Part shown: piece by piece, positions 7,136-13,496 of the stretch
Position numbering within the stretch: the stretch's first letter is position 1
Layout of the letters: the number at the start of each line of letters is the position of its first letter
Source of the DNA: a virus
Virus record (IMG/VR): IMGVR_UViG_3300047386_000097
Strand: one strand, 5' to 3'
Length of the DNA: 26,264 nt
Notes under the pieces: model-generated
Told to the model about the DNA's origin: nothing
Database searches by the model: none
What the model saw: the letters and a program-made list of their open reading frames with translations, nothing else
Position numbers and translations under genes: made by a program

Positions 7136-7899
7136 TGAGCGCGTTTGAAGCACACGGCATACGCCACCTGTCTTACAGCAGCATTGATATGTTTAGGACA
7201 GACCCAGCAGCTTGGCTGTTGCGTTATCCGATGAAAATCAAAGGTGGCAGCAATGTCAACATGTGGCGCGGCATAGCCGCTGAATTTGGTGTCGAGCAAT
7301 ATCTGACAGACGAGTTTGCGGTGCTGTCGGTAGAAGAAGCCATTGAGTTAGCTGTCAAGCGGTTCTCAAGAGACACCGCATTGCTGACAAACGGCGGCGA
7401 CAGAGACAAGGCGCGAGAAGACCTTGTTGGTTACGTTACCAATGGCATTGAAGCTATGAAGCCCTTTGGCAAGCCTAATGCAACACAGACGCGCTTATCG
7501 CTGCGGCTGGTTGGTTGCCCGGTCGAGATTATGGGGTTCGATGACTTTAGCTATACCGACCCCAATCTATCTATCGACCTCAAGACGACTGGCAGACTGC
7601 CAAGCGCGATAATGGATAACCACAAGCGTCAAGGCGCATTGTATCAAGCAATGCGGCCTGACTATGACATCAAGTTCTGCTACGTCACACCAAAGAAGTT
7701 TGCTGTGTATGACCTCGATAAAGAAGAGGCGGCAGAGATATTAGAAGAATATAAAGTTACGGTGAAGAAGATGGAGACGTTCCTATCGTTGTCGAATGAC
7801 GCGCGGGAACTCGCCAGCATCTTCGCCCCATCCTATTCCAGCTTTTACTGGAATGACCCGATAATGCGTAGTGAAGCCAAGCGCATCTTCGGGGTTTAA
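7135..7899 (+). CDS. PD-(D/E)XK (RecB/Cas4-like) exonuclease, 254 aa
   Basis: GAGGGAG at 7121-7127 precedes the ATG at 7135 (TAATG overlap). Motifs: GFDDF...SIDLKTT (D...DxK) and HKRQGALYQ (QxxxY). Confidence 0.6.
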   Translation: MSAFEAHGIRHLSYSSIDMFRTDPAAWLLRYPMKIKGGSNVNMWRGIAAEFGVEQYLTDEFAVLSVEEAIELAVKRFSRDTALLTNGGDRDKAREDLVGYVTNGIEAMKPFGKPNATQTRLSLRLVGCPVEIMGFDDFSYTDPNLSIDLKTTGRLPSAIMDNHKRQGALYQAMRPDYDIKFCYVTPKKFAVYDLDKEEAAEILEEYKVTVKKMETFLSLSNDARELASIFAPSYSSFYWNDPIMRSEAKRIFGV

Positions 7900-7931
7900 T
7901 CACGGCTTCATGCAAAAAGAGAGAATGTAAA

Positions 7932-8501
7932 ATGCCTTTAAGTTTTGGAAATGGTGGCACTGGAAATTATAAGCCTTATGTAAAATATATGGCTTCAACA
8001 TCAAGTTGGGCTAACCGCGATGGTGCGGTCAACTTGAGCAAGGCGGTCTTTGACCTTGCAAACATCAAAACAGGCTGGTGCTTGTTTACTGAGGGTGGCG
8101 CACCTGAATGGGTAATGGATGCCAGCTTGGAAGCACCCGCAGCGCGTCCTGATGGCGAAGGCCAGTGGAAGCGTGGGTTTAAGGTTTGCATTATGAGCAA
8201 ATCCGCGTTTGGTGAAGAAGAACCAGTGGCAGAGTGGGCTACAAATGGTGCGGGTGCAACGATGAGCATCGCGCAGCTTTATAGCGACTATGAAGCGGCT
8301 GGAGATAAGGCTGGTCAAGTCCCGGTTGTTGAGTATTCAGGCGCAGTGCCAACTAAGGTTGGCAAGGGCAGCACGACTATCCCGACGCTCAAGATTGTCA
8401 GTTGGGTTGACCGTCCGTCCGAACTGGACGACAACGAAGATACAGGCGCGGAAACTCCCTCTTTGCCGCAGCCTGTCGCTAGTGCGGACGACGAGTTCTA
8501 A
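7932..8501 (+). CDS. Putative ssDNA-binding / annealing protein with acidic C-terminal tail (189 aa)
   Basis: It sits next to the exonuclease. The C-terminus ELDDNEDTGAE...VASADDEF ends in an acidic run plus Phe, like T7 gp2.5 and bacterial SSB tails. No fold-level evidence is available. Confidence 0.4.
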   Translation: MPLSFGNGGTGNYKPYVKYMASTSSWANRDGAVNLSKAVFDLANIKTGWCLFTEGGAPEWVMDASLEAPAARPDGEGQWKRGFKVCIMSKSAFGEEEPVAEWATNGAGATMSIAQLYSDYEAAGDKAGQVPVVEYSGAVPTKVGKGSTTIPTLKIVSWVDRPSELDDNEDTGAETPSLPQPVASADDEF

Positions 8502-8516
8502 GCATTAGCATAAGAA

Positions 8517-8553
8517 GGGTCGGCGCGGTTTCCTCCCTCGTCTGCGCCGACCC
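8517..8553 (+). promoter_or_regulatory. Perfect 10-bp GC-rich stem-loop (GGGTCGGCGC ... GCGCCGACCC), 17-nt loop, no U-tract
   Basis: The inverted repeat was read directly. It lies in the 88-nt gap between the SSB-like gene and the methyltransferase. Confidence 0.4.
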
Positions 8554-8589
8554 GACTTATACGAGGGGGACAAACGTGGGAGCGTTTTC

Positions 8590-9327
8590 ATGCAGGTATT
8601 AGATTTATTTAGTGGAATTGGGGGATTTAGCATTGGTCTCGAAAAAGTCGGATTTGAAACAGTCGCGTTCTGCGAAATTGAACCCTACTGCCAAGCAGTC
8701 CTCAGAAAACATTGGCCTGACACGCCAATCTATAATGATGTCCGAAGCCTCACAGCAGAACAACTCCGAGCAGATGGACTTGTTCCAAATGTCATCGTCG
8801 GGGGTTATCCCTGTCAGCCATTTTCAGTTGCCGGGGTCAGACGAGGCGAGGACGACGACCGTCACCTCTGGCCTGAAGTGTATCGGCTTGTTAAAGAAAT
8901 CAGACCCACTTGGGGAATTTTCGAGAATGTTGCTGGACACATCACAATGGGTCTCGACGAGGTGCTATCTGACTTGGAAGCCGAAGACTACGCCGCAAGG
9001 CCGTTTGTTATTCCAGCTTGCGGTGTCGATGCCCCCCACAGACGAGACAGAGTTTGGATTGTCGCCAAAAATGTGGCCGACAGCCCGAACAAGCGAATAC
9101 AAGACAGTGCCGAAGAACAGGTTTTACGGGTCGAAAACTTACCGAGGGAACTTAGGCGAAGCGGTGAGGACATCGGAGGCAGATGGCCACCTGAACCCAA
9201 CGTGGGTCGAGTGGCTAATGGGGTTTCCAATCGGTCACACAGAATTAAAGCACTGGGTAACGCGGTTGTCCCGCAAGTCCCAGAAGCAATCGGACGAGTA
9301 ATAAAACAGCTTGAGGGAGCATTATAA
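8590..9327 (+). CDS. DNA (cytosine-5)-methyltransferase, short form (245 aa), orphan (no cognate endonuclease seen)
   Basis: GGGAG lies 7 nt upstream. Motifs: I DLFSGIGG, II AFCEIE, IV GGYPCQPFS, VI FENV, VIII APHRRDRVWIV, X LGNAVVPQV. Confidence 0.9.
   Translation: MQVLDLFSGIGGFSIGLEKVGFETVAFCEIEPYCQAVLRKHWPDTPIYNDVRSLTAEQLRADGLVPNVIVGGYPCQPFSVAGVRRGEDDDRHLWPEVYRLVKEIRPTWGIFENVAGHITMGLDEVLSDLEAEDYAARPFVIPACGVDAPHRRDRVWIVAKNVADSPNKRIQDSAEEQVLRVENLPRELRRSGEDIGGRWPPEPNVGRVANGVSNRSHRIKALGNAVVPQVPEAIGRVIKQLEGAL
8612..9301 (+). other. Embedded +1-frame ORF (229 codons) lying entirely inside the methyltransferase gene; coding status unresolved
   Basis: There is no stop in the +1 frame for 690 nt. 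In-frame ATGs lie at 8735, 8738, 8774, 8789 and 9071. The C-terminal half reads ...CYLTWKPKTTPQGRLLFQLAVSMPPTDETEFGLSPKMWPTARTSEYK...LNPTWVEWLMGFPIGHTEL. There is no clear SD. Confidence 0.35.
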
Positions 9328-11201
9328 TGGATATTATAAGTAAAGCACTTGAGGTGGCCGAGGATTACCCGGTCTTCCCGTGCGACGCTAAAAAGAGACC
9401 CGTCTGCCACGGCGGGTTCAAAGCAGCTACGCAAGACCCGGACGAGGTTGAGCGTTTATTTTCAGCCAGCAATGCCGCACTGATTGGCATACCGACTGGC
9501 GAGGTGTCAGGCGTGTCAGTTATCGACATTGATGTGCGTGACGGTAAACAAGGCAAGGAATGGGTCGAGAAAAATGCGGAACTTTTGGGCATCACTAAGG
9601 TATCGGAAACGCAATCAGGTGGATGGCATTATTATTATCAGCACGTTTCTGGTATTCGAAACCGCGCTGGTATTGACGGATGTGTCGATGTCAGGGGCGA
9701 TGGCGGGTATGTTATTCACCCCGAAAGCACTGGTTATAGGTGGGTAAACGATGAAGACTTTGCAGCATTTCCTCCAAAGGTTGCAGCGCAATCCACCGGA
9801 GTGGCTGCTGCAAGTCTTGATGTTCCTATGGGTAGTGATGCTTTTGATGCTTTTGGTCGGCGTGTTGATGGCCGCGAACATTATATGGCATCTATGGTTT
9901 TGGCTGCTATATCCGACTATTTCCGCAAGCACGGCACTTTTCCGACTATGCAGTGGATGGAGCAAGAAGTTTACCCGACATATGAAATAAAGGTAGGAAG
10001 CCGCACAGGCGATTTGAACGCAGAAGGGCGTGGGATTGATGAGTTTAGAAAGAAAGTTACCAGCACAATTATCCGAGCGCGAGAAGGCAAGATTGCAGAC
10101 ATTCATATTGCGCCGAACAAAGACAGTGCGCCAGCAAGCGTATCCAGCAGCGTTGCAGAAGTTCCTCAACGAAAAATCAAGGTCAAAACACTAGGCGAGT
10201 TGCGTGCAACACCGCCGCCGTCGTTTATGGTCGCGGATTATATCATAGAAAATAGCTTTGCGGTGCTATATGGCGCACCCGCCAGCTTTAAGTCGTTTCT
10301 GGCGATTGATTGGGCATTGTCGATAGCGCACGGCGTTGATTGGAATGGTCGGCCAACCGCGCAGGGTGCGGTGGTATATCTGGCTATGGAAGGCCAATCA
10401 GGCATCGCTGTGCGTGCAGAAGCGTGGCACAGGGACATGCAGCTTGGCGACGAGGGCGTGCCGTTTTACGCCGTAACCACGCCGATTGGTATGGCAATGG
10501 AAGATGCCCCAGATGTATTACAACTGAGGCAAGCCATTGAGGACACGCTTGAAGGCATCAAGCCAAGCCTTATCGTGGTTGATACGTTGGCGCGGTCATT
10601 TGCCGGGTCTGGGGCTGATGAGAACTCAGCAACCGATATGGGCATGTTCATCCGCTCATGCGACCTGCTGAAAGAGTGGTTCGATTGCACTGTGCTGGCT
10701 GTTCATCACTCCGGCAAGGATTATGAAAAGGGCTTGCGCGGTTCGTCCAGTCTGCTGGGTGCGGTTGATACGTCGATTGCCATAAAGCGAACGACTGGCA
10801 CGGAATATATTGAGGTTATCGTGCAGAAGCAGAAAGATGTGTCTGAGGCCGACCCGTTGGCTATGGCAGCGCGTGAAGTTGCATTTGTGCAAGACGCATT
10901 TGCACAAGAGCAAAGCAGCCTCGTGTTGGATGTGACCGATGGCATACCTAAAAACAAGAAACTTAGCGACGGTCAGCAGCAGTGTATTGACGTTCTGGCG
11001 GAGTTGTTACGGGCTGGCACATTCACCGAAACCGACCGAGATGGGTCAAAGGGCGTGCGTTCAGATGTGCTAAGAAGGGCTGTCGCGGCTGATGGTAAGA
11101 ACTATTCAGACAGCGGGTGGTCGGATTTCACTTCACGCCTAGTGTCAAAAGAGTTGTTGAGCAAAAACAATGGCTTATTCAACATAGGTATGAAGGCATG
11201 A
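9327..11201 (+). CDS. Bifunctional primase-polymerase (PrimPol N-terminal domain) fused to a RepA/RecA-like (AAA_25-type) helicase, 624 aa
   Basis: N-terminus: YPVFPC...KRP...GGFKAAT...IGIPTG...SVIDID...TQSGGWHYYY...VDVRGDGGYVIHPES. C-terminus: P-loop-like YGAPASFKS, Walker B LIVVDTLARSF, then LAVHHSGK. Confidence 0.85.
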   Translation: MDIISKALEVAEDYPVFPCDAKKRPVCHGGFKAATQDPDEVERLFSASNAALIGIPTGEVSGVSVIDIDVRDGKQGKEWVEKNAELLGITKVSETQSGGWHYYYQHVSGIRNRAGIDGCVDVRGDGGYVIHPESTGYRWVNDEDFAAFPPKVAAQSTGVAAASLDVPMGSDAFDAFGRRVDGREHYMASMVLAAISDYFRKHGTFPTMQWMEQEVYPTYEIKVGSRTGDLNAEGRGIDEFRKKVTSTIIRAREGKIADIHIAPNKDSAPASVSSSVAEVPQRKIKVKTLGELRATPPPSFMVADYIIENSFAVLYGAPASFKSFLAIDWALSIAHGVDWNGRPTAQGAVVYLAMEGQSGIAVRAEAWHRDMQLGDEGVPFYAVTTPIGMAMEDAPDVLQLRQAIEDTLEGIKPSLIVVDTLARSFAGSGADENSATDMGMFIRSCDLLKEWFDCTVLAVHHSGKDYEKGLRGSSSLLGAVDTSIAIKRTTGTEYIEVIVQKQKDVSEADPLAMAAREVAFVQDAFAQEQSSLVLDVTDGIPKNKKLSDGQQQCIDVLAELLRAGTFTETDRDGSKGVRSDVLRRAVAADGKNYSDSGWSDFTSRLVSKELLSKNNGLFNIGMKA

Positions 11202-11292
11202 AGGTAGTATGAAGGTTAGGCATGAACATTCATACATGTTCATACCCCCCTATAAGGGGGTATGAAATGAAGAATGGGGAAAGATATGAATA
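11189..11292. repeat. Cluster of YATGAA repeats plus two palindromes; candidate origin or operator
   Basis: TATGAAGG 11189, CATGAAGG 11197, TATGAAGG 11208, CATGAA 11221, inverted TTCATA 11229 and 11239, TATGAA 11261, ATGAAG 11267, TATGAA 11285. Inverted repeat ATGAACAT/ATGTTCAT at 11222-11243. Inverted repeat CATACCCCC/GGGGGTATG at 11241-11264. Confidence 0.6.
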
Positions 11293-11702
11293 GACCGATA
11301 TATGAGACAAAAGCAGATGTGGCAAACGAGGAAGCTGTGGCGCGACTGATAACAGAAGCGCGTGGCTATATGATGGTCAAGTTGCCACGACTGAACCAAA
11401 TGGATTATGCAGCATTTACCACTGATGGCTTGAAGGCACTTATCGAAATCAAATGCCGCCGCAATACGATGGCAAAATATGACAGCATGATGATTGGTAT
11501 GGAGAAGGTGCTACATGCCCGGCAGGTATATAAGCACTTCGGTGTGAAGTCGTATCTATTCGTGCAATGGACAGACCAGCTTGGGTATGTATGCCTCGAA
11601 GATGACTGCACGATTGATATGGGCGGCAGGACAGATAGGAATGACCCGAATGATATGTCGCTGCACGCATATTTTGATATTGATAAGTTCAGGGGGCTAT
11701 GA
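11274..11702 (+). CDS. PD-(D/E)XK nuclease-fold protein (142 aa; 138 aa if ATG 11286)
   Basis: NEEAVARLI ... MDYAAF ... ALIEIKCRR gives an E...D...ExK arrangement. ATG 11286 has the better SD (GGGGA 5 nt upstream). Confidence 0.5.
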   Translation: MGKDMNRPIYETKADVANEEAVARLITEARGYMMVKLPRLNQMDYAAFTTDGLKALIEIKCRRNTMAKYDSMMIGMEKVLHARQVYKHFGVKSYLFVQWTDQLGYVCLEDDCTIDMGGRTDRNDPNDMSLHAYFDIDKFRGL

Positions 11703-12283
11703 TGACAAAACGCAAAAGCAGATATGATGTGGACGCAATCGGCAAAGATGACTATGTGCCGATGCAAGGCTGGCAGTATGACCAGATAAACGGTGCGCTT
11801 AAACCGCTTGATGCGGCTGCGGCTGACATTGAACTGCGATGGGGTGCAGGCCGATTGGAAACTTTGGTAAGCCCTGAGACAGCAGCTAAGTTCGAGGCGG
11901 CACGCGCAAAGCTGGATGTTGCACTACATGACAAAGACGTTGACCTAGTTATTCAGCGTGCGGGTGTCATGCTGCGTGGGTGGGCTGCACTAGAGAAAGA
12001 GGCGATTGCAAGCGGTCATAGGGCAGTTCCGCCAGAATTATGGCACGCAACTGCCCCACAAGAAGATGGCAAGGATGAGATGCAGATAGTCATCGCCAAA
12101 GATAACAGTGCCGCAACATTGGCGCAGACCGACTTACCAGTCTATACTGTCATTGAGGTCGCGCGCATTGTGCGTGCGTGGCGCAGTCAAATGGATGTTC
12201 ATGCAGCCAAGATTGCGTTCCCCGGTGCTGAAGTCGTTGGCATCAAGGGCGATGAACACTTTGATGATGAGATGCCGTTTTGA
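11699..12283 (+). CDS. Hypothetical protein (194 aa) ending in an SSB-tip-like FDDEMPF
   Basis: AGGGGG at 11691-11696 precedes ATG 11699/11702. C-terminus: GIKGDEHFDDEMPF. Confidence 0.6.
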   Translation: MMTKRKSRYDVDAIGKDDYVPMQGWQYDQINGALKPLDAAAADIELRWGAGRLETLVSPETAAKFEAARAKLDVALHDKDVDLVIQRAGVMLRGWAALEKEAIASGHRAVPPELWHATAPQEDGKDEMQIVIAKDNSAATLAQTDLPVYTVIEVARIVRAWRSQMDVHAAKIAFPGAEVVGIKGDEHFDDEMPF

Positions 12284-12894
12284 ATATTAATCTGACCAGT
12301 AACGCAAGCAAGGTGCAGAAGGCGATGCAGGGCTTTAGTAAGCAACTGCCATTTGCTATGGCCAACACACTAAACGATGCAGCGTTTGCTGTTCGCAAGA
12401 AGATAGTCGAGGACACATATCCTGATGCGTTTACTGTTCGCAATTCGGTATTGCCTAAGACTATGTTTAGGGTTGAGAAGGCCAACAAGAAGAAGCTGCA
12501 ATCTGCTGTGTTCGATAGGTTAAAGAAGAACTATATGTCGATGCACGCATCGGGTGGCATCAAGACACCAAGAGGCACAAGCATTGCTATACCCGGCAGA
12601 GATATGAAGATGCGTGCCAAAGGTGGTGTGACCAAAGCCAACAGGCCGCGCCAGTTGTTAAACCGTAAGAATGTTTTTAAGACAACATCATCGAGGTCAG
12701 GGCAACCCATCATCGTGCGCCGTGCAACTAAGAAGCGTTACCCATTGCAGATGCTTTACATACTTGAGCCAAACGGTTCGATTAAAAAGAAGTTCGACTT
12801 CTATGATGATGCCAACAGCACAGCCAGACGCGCTATGGAAAAGAACTTCACTAAACGCTTCAATCAAGCAAAACGGACAGCAAGGCGCAGATAA
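12280..12894 (+). CDS. Hypothetical basic protein (204 aa) immediately upstream of the terminase genes
   Basis: The TTG start overlaps the upstream stop; an alternative ATG lies at 12325. The protein is Lys/Arg-rich with a C-terminal KRTARRR. Function not recognised. Confidence 0.5.
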   Translation: MNINLTSNASKVQKAMQGFSKQLPFAMANTLNDAAFAVRKKIVEDTYPDAFTVRNSVLPKTMFRVEKANKKKLQSAVFDRLKKNYMSMHASGGIKTPRGTSIAIPGRDMKMRAKGGVTKANRPRQLLNRKNVFKTTSSRSGQPIIVRRATKKRYPLQMLYILEPNGSIKKKFDFYDDANSTARRAMEKNFTKRFNQAKRTARRR

Positions 12895-12908
12895 TAGGTT
12901 CTTTCTAA

Positions 12909-12930
12909 GCGTTGCCCTTGCGGGTAACGC
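12909..12930 (+). promoter_or_regulatory. 9-bp stem-loop (GCGTTGCCC TTGC GGGTAACGC, one G-U pair) in the gap upstream of terminase
   Basis: Read directly. There is no U-tract. It lies in the 101-nt intergenic region 12895-12995. Confidence 0.3.
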
Positions 12931-12995
12931 GCAACCGCAGACAAATTTTAGCGACAGCAAAAAAGTTAAGGGCTACCACGAGGAGATTTGACAAG

Positions 12996-13496
12996 ATGAG
13001 TATGACGCAGAAACTATGGACAATATCGGCTTTAGGCGTTGAGTTTAATATGGACAGGCGTGCTGTAGCCAAACGCCTCAATGATGTAGTCCCGGCGAAG
13101 ACTGACAAGCGTGGCAAGTATTACAAACTCGACGACGCGGCCAAAGCAATCATCGGTCAGGTTGCCACAAGCAGCGAAGTTCTAAGCTATGACGAGGCAC
13201 GCGCACGCAAGGTTGCCGCCGAAGCTGAGATGGCTGAGATTGAACTGGCTAAAGAACGCGGCCTGCTGCTGCCCGTCGAGATGGTCGCGGAAATTAACCA
13301 GAACATCTTTAGCGTGTTTCGCGCGCGCATGATGGCATTGCCTGCAAAAGCTGCGCCTGATGTGTTTAGTGCGGACAATGTGAAAGAAGCGAAGTCGCTG
13401 TTGAAAGATTACGTCAACAGCGCATTGGATGAACTGTCAAACAGCGTGGTGGAAACGTATGAAGACGATAACGATACCGAACAAGCAAGCGGCTAA
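12996..13496 (+). CDS. Terminase small subunit (Nu1-like HTH N-terminus), 166 aa
   Basis: AGGAG at 12981-12985 precedes the ATG at 12996. WTISALGVEFNMDRRAVAKRLNDV...RGKYYKLDDAAKAI is followed by the coiled region ARKVAAEAEMAEIELAKERGLL. The track start at 12912 is an extension across the intergenic hairpin. Confidence 0.6.
   Translation: MSMTQKLWTISALGVEFNMDRRAVAKRLNDVVPAKTDKRGKYYKLDDAAKAIIGQVATSSEVLSYDEARARKVAAEAEMAEIELAKERGLLLPVEMVAEINQNIFSVFRARMMALPAKAAPDVFSADNVKEAKSLLKDYVNSALDELSNSVVETYEDDNDTEQASG

Noticed and set aside
9615-10169. 184-aa minus-strand ORF inside the primase-helicase gene. Similar cases: 16850..17398 in the portal, 8988..9434 across the MTase/primase junction, 17733..18179 and 21025..21438.
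   Set aside because: All are antisense to genes with clear family motifs. Their translations are Cys/Arg/Ser-rich junk. The + strand already tiles the genome with coupled genes.
11189-11292. Multiple ATG triplets in the ATGAAGG repeats as starts of leader peptides
   Set aside because: Each is followed within a few codons by a stop (ATG AAG GCA TGA; ATG AAG GTA GTA TGA; ATG AAA TGA). The pattern is better explained as DNA-level repeats.
12671-12991. 106-aa same-strand alternative-frame ORF bridging the 204-aa gene and the TerS upstream region
   Set aside because: Junk-like translation with no SD. Its length is within what this genome shows by chance, unlike the 229-codon case in the methyltransferase.
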